A stretch of DNA of 32,000 nt from Bacteroidales bacterium (GTDB lineage Bacteria > Bacteroidota > Bacteroidia > Bacteroidales > P3), in contig JAEEZY010000019.1 of NCBI GenBank assembly GCA_016292015.1, positions 61,415-93,414 on the forward strand. The letters are read 5' to 3'. The position numbers and the translations under genes are program-made. Shown one piece after another: positions 7,130 through 16,556 of the stretch; the stretch's first letter is position 1, and every line of letters starts with the position of its first letter. The notes under the pieces are model-generated. The model was not told the DNA's origin, ran no database searches, and saw only the letters and a program-made list of their open reading frames with translations.

Positions 7130-8656
7130 ATGCAGATACTAGATTGTACCTTTCGTGATGGTGGTTACTACACAGATTGGGATTTCAATGAGGATATTGT
7201 ACGCACCTATTTGGAGGGAGTAAACAATCTTCCCATTGATTATATTGAATTGGGGTACCGTAATAACCCAGAGAAAGAGTATCTGGGTAAGTTTGGCTAC
7301 ACTCCGGTATACCTTCTCAAGCAAGTTCGTGAGTTGTCAAAGAAGAAGCTCGCAGTGATGCTGAACGAGAAGAACACAAAGGTTGAAGACCTTCAGAATT
7401 TGACAGAACCAATCAAAGGATTGGTGGATATGATTCGCTTGGCCGTTGATCCCAAGAATCTTCTGCGAGCTATTAACTTGGCTAAGGCTATCAAGACTCA
7501 AGGATTCGAGGTGGGCTTCAACATTATGTATATGTCTAAATGGGAACAATATGAAGAGTTATATGAAAAGCTGAGTTCCCTTAACGGAGTTGTAGATATC
7601 TTGAATATGGTTGACTCCTTTGGAGGTATCATGCCCAATGAGGTCACTGCCATGGTGGGGAAACTTCGTGGTATCGTTACATGTAAGATAGGTTTTCATG
7701 GTCATAATAACTTGGAGATGGCGTTAGCAAACACCTTGGCTGCAATCAATAGTGGTGTGGATTCCGTCGATGCAACCATTCTTGGTATGGGGCGAGGAGC
7801 AGGAAATTTGAACACGGAGTTGCTCCTTACTTACCTGAACAAAGATGGTCTTGGAGTGGATTTTAATGCCTTGAGTGATGTTATCACAGCATTTCAACCT
7901 CTATACGAAACTTATAGATGGGGAACACAGTTGCCTTATATGATTTCCGGTGCTAATTCGCTGCTACAGAGAGAAGTAATGGCATTGGTAACAAATCGTG
8001 TTTATTCTTTTGATAGTATAGTAAGAGGTGTGCAAAACAAGAAGGATGGGATTGTGGATAATGCCAAATATCCTTTGCTTGAAAAAGCTGAATTTGATGA
8101 CGTGATTATCATCGGTGGAGGGGAATCACCTGTAGATCATTTAGAAGGCATTACCAACTTCATTGCTAAGAAAAAGAATATTGCTCTTGTGTTTGCAACA
8201 GCCAGACACGCAGGTAAGTTTATTGATATAAATGTACCTCAGTATTATTGCTTATTGGGAAGAGAAGCCAAACGCCTTAGAGCTAATGTGAAAGCAGAAC
8301 AGTTTAAGGCTAAGTGCATTTTACCACCATATCCACGCAAACTTGGAACGGATGTTCCGTCTTTTGCAGAAAAAGCAACTTACGAATTGCCCAGGATAGA
8401 ATTTACAACAGAGTTTCAAGACTCTTGTACAACACTGGCCATCCAGACTGCCTTGAATATCAGCAAGGGAAACATTTACATTGTTGGTTACGACGGCTAT
8501 CCTGGGAGTGTGCTTTCTGAAAAGGAAGTTGCTTTAAGCAACGAAAATATGGCTTTACTACAGGATTATGAGAAATACACTGGCAAGAAGTTGATGTCGT
8601 TGACACCCTCTTTATATCCTGAATTAGAAATAGTGTCATTATATCAATTCATATAA
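7130..8656 (+). CDS. HMGL-like / DRE-TIM aldolase-domain protein with an extra C-terminal domain of about 200 aa
   Basis: 508 aa. The N-terminus ILDCTFRDGGY, together with later HGHNNLEMALANTLAAI and GMGRGAGN, is typical of pyruvate-carboxyltransferase / 4-hydroxy-2-oxovalerate-aldolase-type TIM barrels. The C-terminal region (VIIIGGGES ... IYIVGYDGY) loosely resembles the MptE/DUF115-like pattern of the ORF at 22145. Confidence 0.7.
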   Translation: MQILDCTFRDGGYYTDWDFNEDIVRTYLEGVNNLPIDYIELGYRNNPEKEYLGKFGYTPVYLLKQVRELSKKKLAVMLNEKNTKVEDLQNLTEPIKGLVDMIRLAVDPKNLLRAINLAKAIKTQGFEVGFNIMYMSKWEQYEELYEKLSSLNGVVDILNMVDSFGGIMPNEVTAMVGKLRGIVTCKIGFHGHNNLEMALANTLAAINSGVDSVDATILGMGRGAGNLNTELLLTYLNKDGLGVDFNALSDVITAFQPLYETYRWGTQLPYMISGANSLLQREVMALVTNRVYSFDSIVRGVQNKKDGIVDNAKYPLLEKAEFDDVIIIGGGESPVDHLEGITNFIAKKKNIALVFATARHAGKFIDINVPQYYCLLGREAKRLRANVKAEQFKAKCILPPYPRKLGTDVPSFAEKATYELPRIEFTTEFQDSCTTLAIQTALNISKGNIYIVGYDGYPGSVLSEKEVALSNENMALLQDYEKYTGKKLMSLTPSLYPELEIVSLYQFI

Positions 8657-9352
8657 ATGATGAAAGAAAAAGTGTCTTTCTTCCTTCCAACACGTAAGGG
8701 AAGCGAAAGGGTAAAGGATAAGAATACCAAGCCTTTCGCTGGAATAGAGGGTGGATTGGTAGAGAATAAAGTAAAGCAACTGCTGGAATCACGTCTCATT
8801 GATGAGATTATTTTCTCTTCCAATGATGAAGTTTGTATGGAAGTTGCTTCGAAGTATAAAGACAGTCGTTTAAGAATCATCAAGCGCCCAACGGAATTGT
8901 GCTTAAGTACAACAAACCTTCAGGACCTGATTTGTTACGTGCCAACCGTTACGGATGCAGAGCATATCCTTTGGGGGCATGTGACAACTCCGCTCTGCGG
9001 CGCAGATCAGTATGATTCTGGTATTAAGTTGTACTTTGACAAACTTAATGAGGGTTATGATTCCTTGGTGGGAGTGACAGAATTGAAGAATTTCCTTTTG
9101 AACAAGGATGGTAAACTGATAAATAACACCACAGATATACCTTGGCCCAGAACACAGGATTTGGAGGCCCTTTACCCCATTAACCATACAATGTTCATTG
9201 CAAAGCGTGAAGTCTATACCAAGAAAAAGAACCGAATTGGAGAAAAACCACTGCTGTATGTCATGGATGAACTTCATTCTTTTGATATTGACTGGCCTAA
9301 TGACTTTGTAATAGCTGAGATTATGTATAATAACCTATACGGAACCAAGTAA
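8657..9352 (+). CDS. Cytidylyltransferase of the CMP-NeuAc/CMP-Kdo synthetase (CTP_transf_3, SpsF-like) family
   Basis: 231 aa. The N-terminal FLPTRKGSERVKDKNTKPF motif corresponds to the P-loop-like (A/L)P(A/T)RxGSxxxxxKN signature of acylneuraminate cytidylyltransferases. The start abuts the aldolase stop. Confidence 0.75.
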   Translation: MMKEKVSFFLPTRKGSERVKDKNTKPFAGIEGGLVENKVKQLLESRLIDEIIFSSNDEVCMEVASKYKDSRLRIIKRPTELCLSTTNLQDLICYVPTVTDAEHILWGHVTTPLCGADQYDSGIKLYFDKLNEGYDSLVGVTELKNFLLNKDGKLINNTTDIPWPRTQDLEALYPINHTMFIAKREVYTKKKNRIGEKPLLYVMDELHSFDIDWPNDFVIAEIMYNNLYGTK

Positions 9353-9353
9353 G

Positions 9354-10391
9354 ATGACAAAAGTAGTTACCTTTGGAGAAATTATGGTGCGACTTGGAGC
9401 GCCTGGATATCTCAAGCTTATACAAACTGACAAGTTTGATGTCGGCTATGCTGGAGCAGAGGCTAATGTGGCGGTCTCGCTGGCCAATTATGGTGTTGAG
9501 ACGGATTATATCACCTGTTTACCTGACAATCCAATCGCTGAACGTTGCATTATGGATTTACGGGGACACAAAGTTGGCGTTGACCATATTCACCGCAGTG
9601 GCAAGCGCATGGGTATCCTTTATTTGGAAACAGGTAGTAACGCCAGACCCTCTAAAGTTTACTATGATCGAGAGTACAGTGCCATTGCAACTGTTGAACC
9701 CGGCTCTTTTGACTGGAAAGAAATCCTTAAGGATGCAGAGTGGTTTCACTGGACGGGTATCACACCGGCCCTTTCTGAGAATGCTGCAGATGAGTGTTTG
9801 AAAGCCATTAAGACAGCAAACGGGTTGGGTGTAATTGTGAGCTGTGATATCAATCATCGTGGTAATCTTTGGAAGTACGGAAAGAAGGCATCTGATGTGA
9901 TGCCTGAGATGGTGGCATGTTCTGACATAATCCTTGGCAATGAAGAAGATTGTGAGAAGGTTTTTGGCATTAAACCCAAGGACTTTGATGCGACAAAGAC
10001 CAATGGCAATGTGGATCAGAGCATTTTCCTAAGTGTTTGCCAGCAGATGATGGAACGATTCCCCCGTTGTAAAAAAATGGTGGTGACGCTCCGAGGGGCA
10101 ATCAATGCCAACCATAATACATGGGGTGGAGTCCTTTATAACGGTCAAGAACTGATGGAGTCTCGTCGCTATGATATTACAGATATCGTAGATAGAGTAG
10201 GAGGAGGGGACTCTTTTATGGGAGGGCTCATCTTTGGCATGCTGCATTATCAAGATGACCGTAAGGCATTGGAGTTTGCTACGGCGGCCAGCTGCTTGAA
10301 GCATACTTTGAAAGGAGATTATAATTGGGTCACTATACAAGATGTTGAAAACCTGCTGGGCGGTGAAGTGAGTGGAAGAGTAAAAAGATAA
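9354..10391 (+). CDS. PfkB-family sugar kinase, 2-dehydro-3-deoxygluconokinase (KdgK)-like
   Basis: 345 aa. The N-terminus VVTFGEIMVRL ... GAEANVAVSLANYG and the C-terminal DRVGGGDSFMGGLIFG motif are typical of ribokinase/KdgK-family proteins. Confidence 0.8.
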   Translation: MTKVVTFGEIMVRLGAPGYLKLIQTDKFDVGYAGAEANVAVSLANYGVETDYITCLPDNPIAERCIMDLRGHKVGVDHIHRSGKRMGILYLETGSNARPSKVYYDREYSAIATVEPGSFDWKEILKDAEWFHWTGITPALSENAADECLKAIKTANGLGVIVSCDINHRGNLWKYGKKASDVMPEMVACSDIILGNEEDCEKVFGIKPKDFDATKTNGNVDQSIFLSVCQQMMERFPRCKKMVVTLRGAINANHNTWGGVLYNGQELMESRRYDITDIVDRVGGGDSFMGGLIFGMLHYQDDRKALEFATAASCLKHTLKGDYNWVTIQDVENLLGGEVSGRVKR

Positions 10392-10403
10392 AACAAATAG
10401 AAA

Positions 10404-11339
10404 ATGAAAGGAATAGTACTCGCTGGTGGATCTGGCACTAGGTTGTATCCCATCACAAAGGGTGTGAGCAAACAGTTGCTCCCTATTTACGATAAGCCGA
10501 TGGTCTATTATCCCATCTCGGCCTTGATGCTAGCAGGGATTAGAGATATTCTGATTATTTCTACCCCGTATGACCTCCCAGGCTTCAAGCGTCTGCTTGG
10601 CGATGGTAGTGACTATGGGGTGCATTTCGAATATGCTGAGCAGCCTTCGCCTGATGGACTGGCGCAAGCGTTCATTATCGGTGAGAAATTCATCGGCAAT
10701 GATAGTGCATGTTTGGTTCTGGGAGATAACATCTTCTATGGCAGTGGCTTTACCAAGTTGCTCCGCAATGCAGTCGAAGATGCTGAGGAGAACAATAAAG
10801 CCACTGTATTTGGCTACTGGGTGAGTGATCCAGAGCGTTATGGCGTTGCAGAGTTCGACAAGGAAGGCAACTGCTTGAGTATTGAGGAAAAACCAAAAGA
10901 GCCGAAGAGCAACTATGCTGTGGTAGGATTGTATTTCTATCCCAATAAGGTTGTAAATGTGGCCCAAAATATAAAGCCATCTGCAAGAGGAGAACTGGAG
11001 ATTACCACCGTCAATCAAGAGTTCTTGAAAGACGGCGAGTTGAAGGTGCAAGTCTTTGGACGAGGCTTTGCCTGGTTGGATACAGGTACACATGACAGCC
11101 TCAGCGAGGCCTCAACCTTTGTTGAAGTGATAGAGAAACGCCAAGGATTAAAGATTGCCTGTTTGGAAGGCATCGCCTACCGCAATGGTTGGATAAGCGA
11201 GGAGAAAATGAGAGAGTTGGCTAAACCCATGCTGAAAAACCAGTATGGCCAATACCTGCTGAAGGTGATAGAAGAGATGAAGGAAGAGATAAATTCGAAC
11301 ACATTTACACACCCCGATATGTCTGGTGTTAAAGAATAA
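10404..11339 (+). CDS. rfbA: Glucose-1-phosphate thymidylyltransferase
   Basis: 311 aa. Motifs [44 protein letters not shown]. Confidence 0.95.
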   Translation: MKGIVLAGGSGTRLYPITKGVSKQLLPIYDKPMVYYPISALMLAGIRDILIISTPYDLPGFKRLLGDGSDYGVHFEYAEQPSPDGLAQAFIIGEKFIGNDSACLVLGDNIFYGSGFTKLLRNAVEDAEENNKATVFGYWVSDPERYGVAEFDKEGNCLSIEEKPKEPKSNYAVVGLYFYPNKVVNVAQNIKPSARGELEITTVNQEFLKDGELKVQVFGRGFAWLDTGTHDSLSEASTFVEVIEKRQGLKIACLEGIAYRNGWISEEKMRELAKPMLKNQYGQYLLKVIEEMKEEINSNTFTHPDMSGVKE

Positions 11340-11345
11340 TTGTTT

Positions 11346-12455
11346 ATGTCAGAGAAACAAATAACTGTCACTTCGCCGTTGTTGCCTGACCTCGACGAGT
11401 TTAATGAGATGCTCAAAGAAATCTGGGCAAGCAAATGGATTACCAATATGGGACAATTTCATCAACAGTTGGAAAAAGAACTATGTCAGTATCTGAAAGT
11501 GCCTTTCATTAGTCTTTTCACAAATGGTACGTTACCGCTGTTGACCGCATTACAAGCTCTGCATATTACAGGTGAGGTTATAACCACGCCATATAGCTTT
11601 GTTGCAACCACTCATAGCATTTGGTGGAATGGTTGTCGCCCGGTATTTGTGGATATCGAGGAGGAGACTTGCGGCATTGACCCTGATAAGATTGAGGCAG
11701 CAATAACCCCCAAGACAACAGCAATCATGCCTGTCAGTTGCTATGGCAAGCCATGCAAGATGGACGAGATTCAAGCCATAGCCGACAAGTATGGCTTGAA
11801 GGTTATTCATGATGCAGCCCATGCCTTTGGTGTGGAAGTGGATGGTGAAAGTTGGGCAAGTAAAGGTGATATGATTTCGCTGTCATTCCATGCCACTAAG
11901 GTTTACAATACACTTGAAGGAGGGGCACTTGTGGTGAAGGATGAGGCCACCAAGAAACGAATCGACTTCTTGAAGAATTTTGGCTTCGCAGGGGAGACAG
12001 AAGTTGTCGCGCCAGGTATTAACAGCAAGATGGATGAAGTGCGTGCGGCATACGGATTACTTAACTTGAAGCAGGTGGATGAGGCCATTGAGAAGCGTCG
12101 TCAAGTGGCTGTGAAATACCGTAATGCATTGCGAAATGTGCCAGGTATTCGTTTCTTCGATGATATGCCCGGAGTGCGACATAATTATAGTTATTTCCCC
12201 ATCTTTATCAATGCCGAGGAGTATGGTCAGACACGAGATGAACTGTACTTCAAGATGCGTGAGGCCAATGTATTAGGTCGTCGATATTTCTATCCGCTGA
12301 TAAGTACCTTCAGTACCTATCGTAGCTTGCCAAGTGCCGGTGCAGAGAATCTGCCCGTGGCCACCAAGGTCGCCAATGAAGTCATCTGCCTTCCGATGCA
12401 CCATGAACTAAGTCAGAATGATTTGGAAAGAACCATAGATATAATACTGAAATGA
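11346..12455 (+). CDS. DegT/DnrJ/EryC1-family PLP aminotransferase, dTDP-4-amino-4,6-dideoxyhexose synthase (WecE/VioA-like)
   Basis: About 369 aa counted from the ATG at 11346 (the track starts at TTG 11340). The PLP-lysine motif SLSFHATK resembles WecE SFHETK. No 3,4-ketoisomerase gene is present, which favours a 4-amino product. Confidence 0.85.
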   Translation: MSEKQITVTSPLLPDLDEFNEMLKEIWASKWITNMGQFHQQLEKELCQYLKVPFISLFTNGTLPLLTALQALHITGEVITTPYSFVATTHSIWWNGCRPVFVDIEEETCGIDPDKIEAAITPKTTAIMPVSCYGKPCKMDEIQAIADKYGLKVIHDAAHAFGVEVDGESWASKGDMISLSFHATKVYNTLEGGALVVKDEATKKRIDFLKNFGFAGETEVVAPGINSKMDEVRAAYGLLNLKQVDEAIEKRRQVAVKYRNALRNVPGIRFFDDMPGVRHNYSYFPIFINAEEYGQTRDELYFKMREANVLGRRYFYPLISTFSTYRSLPSAGAENLPVATKVANEVICLPMHHELSQNDLERTIDIILK

Positions 12456-13096
12456 AACATTTAATAATTATTGGGGCATCTGGTTTCTCTCGTGATATGT
12501 ATTATGTGGTAACACAAGCTATTGGATATTTGCAAACTTATGATGTCAAGGGTTTTTTGGTACATGAAAAAGAATATTTAAACTCGCTTGATGCCTATAA
12601 AGATTACCCTCCTATGCTTGGAACTATATATGATTACGAAATAGAAAACGACGACGTTTTCATTATAGCACTTGGCGATGTAAGCGTTAAATCGGAAATT
12701 GGAGAATACATGAAATCGAAAGGTGCCATATTCCAAACAATAATTCATAAGGATGCCCAACTTCGAAATAACGTAAAAATTGGCGCTGGCTGCATTATTG
12801 AAAGCCATGCACATATTGGGTCTGAAGTGACAATAGGAGAAAATTGTTTGATTCAAGCATTTGCATGTATAGCTCATGACTGCGAAGTGGGTGATTATAC
12901 CAGAGTAGATGTGAGGTGTTTGTTAACAGGAAGGTCAAAAGTGGGGAAGAGCGTTACCATTCATTCAAACGCCATAATCAATCAGAAAGTTATTGTTGAA
13001 GATAACGCTACTGTAGCAGCGTTAAGTTTTGTTATAAGGAATGTAAAAGCAGGAACCACTGTTATGGGCAACCCTGCAAAACGATTAGAATATTAA
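12452..13096 (+). CDS. NeuD/PglD-family left-handed beta-helix sugar N-acyltransferase
   Basis: 214 aa. N-terminal LIIIGASGFSRD Rossmann-like motif, then C-terminal hexapeptide repeats (IGAGCIIESHAHIGSEVTIGENCLI...). ATGA overlap with the aminotransferase gene. Confidence 0.8.
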   Translation: MKHLIIIGASGFSRDMYYVVTQAIGYLQTYDVKGFLVHEKEYLNSLDAYKDYPPMLGTIYDYEIENDDVFIIALGDVSVKSEIGEYMKSKGAIFQTIIHKDAQLRNNVKIGAGCIIESHAHIGSEVTIGENCLIQAFACIAHDCEVGDYTRVDVRCLLTGRSKVGKSVTIHSNAIINQKVIVEDNATVAALSFVIRNVKAGTTVMGNPAKRLEY

Positions 13097-13099
13097 ATT

Positions 13100-14050
13100 A
13101 TGAGTAAAGCATTTATCTTCCCTGGTCAAGGCTGCCAGAAGGAGGGAATGGGTGGTGATTTGTATGCTCAGTTCCCAAAAGCCAAAGAGTTGTTTGAGCG
13201 TGCTAATGATTTCCTTGGTTATAAGATTACCGACGTGATGTTTCACGGTTCGGAAGAGGAACTGATGGAAACCAAAAATACCCAACCCTCAGTGTTTTTA
13301 TATGAGACTATTCTCGCCATGTGTCAGGATTATGTGAAGCCTGATTGCGTTGCTGGTCACTCACTTGGTGAATTTGCCGCTTTGGTTATTGCTGGTTCCA
13401 TTACTTTTGAGGAAGGCTTGAAACTGGTTTTGAATCGAGCATTGATCGGTCAAAAGGCATCAGATGAAGCTCCTGTCAAGACAGGTATGGGTGCTGTAAT
13501 AGGACTTCCAGACGAGTATGTTGAGAAACGCATCAAAGAGATTTGGGAAGAAGTTGGCGAACCGCTTTATTTTGCCAATTACAACGGTCCCGGTCAGGTG
13601 GTTATCTCTGGTTCTCGCAAAGCGGTGCGTGTTGCATGTAAAGCCTTTATGAAGGAAGGTGCAAAGAAAGCTGTGCCTCTGGCTATTGGCGGTTCATTCC
13701 ACACTCCTTTTATGGATGAGGCACGTGAAGAATTAGGTGCTATTATAAAGGAGGTTGTCTTCAAACCCGCTTCTATTCCTGTTTATCAATGTGTAGATGC
13801 ACTGCCGCATACAGACCCTGAAGAGATTCGTGCTAATCTGATTCAACATATTACGCATCCTGTTCTTTGGACGGCAATGACGCACAATATGGCAAAGGAT
13901 GGCGTAACTGAGTTCTATGAGGTTGGAACAGATGATACTTTGGAAAAGATAGTACGCCGCATGTATCCAAACCTGCACCAGCAGTCACTGCTTGATGTTC
14001 CGACATACGCAGGTAAGATTAAGAATTTTAAAGTTGTAAAAGAAGGATAA
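13100..14050 (+). CDS. ACP S-malonyltransferase (FabD-like acyltransferase)
   Basis: 316 aa. Motifs FIFPGQGCQ, nucleophile elbow AGHSLGEFAAL, and NYNGPGQVVISG. Confidence 0.88.
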   Translation: MSKAFIFPGQGCQKEGMGGDLYAQFPKAKELFERANDFLGYKITDVMFHGSEEELMETKNTQPSVFLYETILAMCQDYVKPDCVAGHSLGEFAALVIAGSITFEEGLKLVLNRALIGQKASDEAPVKTGMGAVIGLPDEYVEKRIKEIWEEVGEPLYFANYNGPGQVVISGSRKAVRVACKAFMKEGAKKAVPLAIGGSFHTPFMDEAREELGAIIKEVVFKPASIPVYQCVDALPHTDPEEIRANLIQHITHPVLWTAMTHNMAKDGVTEFYEVGTDDTLEKIVRRMYPNLHQQSLLDVPTYAGKIKNFKVVKEG

Positions 14051-14052
14051 GT

Positions 14053-14460
14053 ATTGATATTTCACATATTGAACATATCGGTATAGACGTTAAGAGTATT
14101 GAGGAGTCACTCCCATACCATGAAACAGTGCTTGGCTTCAAGTGCTATGCAATAGAAGAAGTAGCCGACCAGAAAGTAAAGGCAGTTTTCTTAAAAATGG
14201 GTGAAACCAAGCTGGAATTACTGGAACCATCTTCTGAGGAAAGTCCAAAAGCTAAGTTCCTTGAAAATAGAGGCTCTGGTATCCATCATACAGCATTTGC
14301 CGTGTAAGATGGCGTTGCTATTGCACTTTGAGAGTGTAAGAACAAAAAAGTAAGGCTAATGGATTTTGAACACCGAAATTGTGCTGAATGGCTGAATGTC
14401 GCTTTCCAAAATCCAAAGTCAACACAATGAGTTCTTACAGAACTTTGTGAAAAACAATAA
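14053..14460 (+). pseudogene. Methylmalonyl-CoA epimerase / VOC (glyoxalase-fold) pseudogene
   Basis: A single reading frame reads IDISHIEHIGIDVKSIEESLPYHETVLGF...KAVFLKMGETKLELLEPSSEESPKAKFLENRGSGIHHTAFAV*DGVAIAL*ES..KKVRLMDFE...VAFQNPKSTQ*VLTEL. There are in-frame stops at 14305 (TAA), 14329 (TGA) and 14428 (TGA), no ATG start, and no frameshift. Confidence 0.8.
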
Positions 14461-14516
14461 ATCAAGATAATTTTTGAGTTCAATAATTTAAGTTCAACAT
14501 TTAAAATTTTAGAATT

Positions 14517-14744
14517 ATGGAATTAAATGAATTTGTAACAAGATTTGCTGAGGAGTTCGATGAGACTCCCGCTGAACAGTTCAAGGCTGACACCGTGTTT
14601 AAGTCACTCGACGAGTGGGGTTCACTGACCGCACTTTCTATCATTGCAATGGTAGATGAGGAGTTTGAAAAGCGCATTACTGGCGCAGACCTCCGTTCTG
14701 TCAACACACTGGAGGAATTGTACAACTTAATTCAGAGCAAATAA
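14517..14744 (+). CDS. Acyl carrier protein (phosphopantetheine-binding)
   Basis: 75 aa and acidic. LDEWGSLTALSIIAMV matches the (D/G)SL phosphopantetheine serine helix-II pattern. It lies among fatty-acid-synthase-type genes. Confidence 0.75.
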   Translation: MELNEFVTRFAEEFDETPAEQFKADTVFKSLDEWGSLTALSIIAMVDEEFEKRITGADLRSVNTLEELYNLIQSK

Positions 14745-15502
14745 TGGCTTACAATCCATTTTCATTAGAAGGTAAGACCATTCTCGTAACGGGAGCCTCG
14801 TCCGGAATCGGACGAGGCATCGCCGCCGAGTGCTCCAAGATGGGGGCCAAGATGGTCATCAATGGACGTAATGTTGAACGATTGAATGAAACAATGTCCA
14901 TGCTTGAAGGAGAAGGTCATGTGGCGATTGCTGCAGATCTTTCAAAACAAGAAGACATAGACAGCCTTGTTGCACAATGTCCTGCAATCAATGGTGTCGT
15001 TCACAGTGCGGGTATCCCCAAAATATGTGGGGTTAAACATATTGAGCGCAGTTTATTGGAAGAAATAGTCAATGTCAATGAAATCGCTCCGATTCTTTTG
15101 ACATCTGGTCTGCTAAAAAAGAAAAAACTTCAAAAGAAGTCGTCTATCATTTTCATTGCCTCCATATCTGGAGTTTGTGTCGCTAATGTTGGCGAAGCAC
15201 CATATTCAACTACAAAGGGTGGACTTGCAGGCTTTACGAAGGGAGCAGCTTATGAGTTAGCTGCACAGGGTACGAGAGTCAATACAATTTGTCCAGCTTT
15301 GGTGCCTACAAGTATTCTTGGACTGTCAAACGAAATGTTCTCGGAACAACAGTTGAAAGATACTATGTACGGTCGATATCCTCTTAAACGAGTCGGCACT
15401 CCTGAAGATATTGCCAATGGTGCTATTTATCTTCTTTCAGATGCATCAAGTTGGGTGACTGGTATTAATTTAATAATCGATGGTGGATATACATTAGTAT
15501 AA
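14744..15502 (+). CDS. SDR-family 3-oxoacyl-ACP reductase (FabG-like), copy 1
   Basis: 252 aa. Motifs TGASSGIGRGIA and YSTTKGG (Y-x3-K). TAATG overlap with the ACP gene. Confidence 0.85.
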   Translation: MAYNPFSLEGKTILVTGASSGIGRGIAAECSKMGAKMVINGRNVERLNETMSMLEGEGHVAIAADLSKQEDIDSLVAQCPAINGVVHSAGIPKICGVKHIERSLLEEIVNVNEIAPILLTSGLLKKKKLQKKSSIIFIASISGVCVANVGEAPYSTTKGGLAGFTKGAAYELAAQGTRVNTICPALVPTSILGLSNEMFSEQQLKDTMYGRYPLKRVGTPEDIANGAIYLLSDASSWVTGINLIIDGGYTLV

Positions 15503-15503
15503 T

Positions 15504-16556
15504 ATGGCATTAGTAAAATTTAATAATATAGGAATTAAGGCCTTAAGTGCAACTGTTCCTCAGAATGTGGTTAAAACACGTTCACTTACGGATTACTATA
15601 CCCCAGAGGCAATAGAAAAATTTATTGAAGCAACAGGTATAGAAGAGCGTAGATTGGTCCAGAGAGACCAGTGTGCGTCAGATCTCTGTTATAAATCAGC
15701 TTGTCAAATTTTTGGTGAGACGGATATCAAACGTGAGGATATTGACGCACTATTCTTTGTTAGTCAAACCCCAGATTACAAGTCTCCTGGGACTTCCATC
15801 ATTCTCCAAGATAAATTGGGCTTGAAGAAATCTACTCTTGTTTATGATGTTAATATGTCATGTTCTGGTTTTATACACGGCATGTTGATGGCATACAGTT
15901 TCCTTCAATCCCCATCTTTCAACAATGTTATGGTGATGGTTGGAGATACTCTGTCAAAGATTACATCTGTACAGGATAAAGGAACAGGAATGCTTTTGGG
16001 CGATGCTGGCATATGCTGTGTTATTGGTAAGGGCGAACAGTATGGTGAGAGTTTCTTTTCAATGAATACGGATGGCTCTAATATTCAGTCTGTTATTTTG
16101 CCTGCTGGCGGTAGTAGAATCCCGAGTTCAGAAGAGACGCTTAAGGTGAAGGAATATGAAGATGGCAGTATTCGTAGTTTGGAACATGTCATTATGGTTG
16201 GTCCTGATGTCTTTAGCTTCGCAATTTCAGAACTGCCTCGTGACATTAAGCGACTATTAGAGTATGCAGGAAAGTCTATTGATGAAGTTGATAAATATGC
16301 ATTCCATCAGGCTAATGACTTTATGACTAATTATATTGTCAAGAAGTCTAAGGCAAATCCTGACAAACTTTTGCACTCTATTCAGAAGTATGGAAATACA
16401 GCAGGTACTTCCATTCCTTTGTGTATGGTACACAATCGAGAAGAAATAAAGTCAAACGATATAATTTTAATGAATGCGATTGGAGCTGGTTTCGCTTATG
16501 GAACAGTGCTTTTAAATATCGCTGATTGCAAGATTTTGAAACGACAGGAACTGTGA
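15504..16556 (+). CDS. 3-oxoacyl-ACP synthase III (KAS III / FabH-like), copy 1
   Basis: 350 aa. Cys-His-Asn triad contexts NMSCSGF, FHQAN and YGNTAGTSIP. Confidence 0.85.
   Translation: MALVKFNNIGIKALSATVPQNVVKTRSLTDYYTPEAIEKFIEATGIEERRLVQRDQCASDLCYKSACQIFGETDIKREDIDALFFVSQTPDYKSPGTSIILQDKLGLKKSTLVYDVNMSCSGFIHGMLMAYSFLQSPSFNNVMVMVGDTLSKITSVQDKGTGMLLGDAGICCVIGKGEQYGESFFSMNTDGSNIQSVILPAGGSRIPSSEETLKVKEYEDGSIRSLEHVIMVGPDVFSFAISELPRDIKRLLEYAGKSIDEVDKYAFHQANDFMTNYIVKKSKANPDKLLHSIQKYGNTAGTSIPLCMVHNREEIKSNDIILMNAIGAGFAYGTVLLNIADCKILKRQEL

Noticed and set aside
9373-9801. A 142-aa + strand ORF overlapping the kinase gene in another frame, with similar alternative-frame ORFs at 2781-3032, 3008-3268 and 24971-25183.
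   Set aside because: They lie entirely inside well-supported genes, have no motifs, and have biased composition. They are most likely chance ORFs.
14053-14460. Stop-codon reassignment or programmed read-through as an explanation for the three in-frame stops in the epimerase-like frame.
   Set aside because: Neighbouring genes terminate normally at TAA, TGA and TAG at the expected lengths. The frame also lacks a start codon. Pseudogenisation is the simpler reading.
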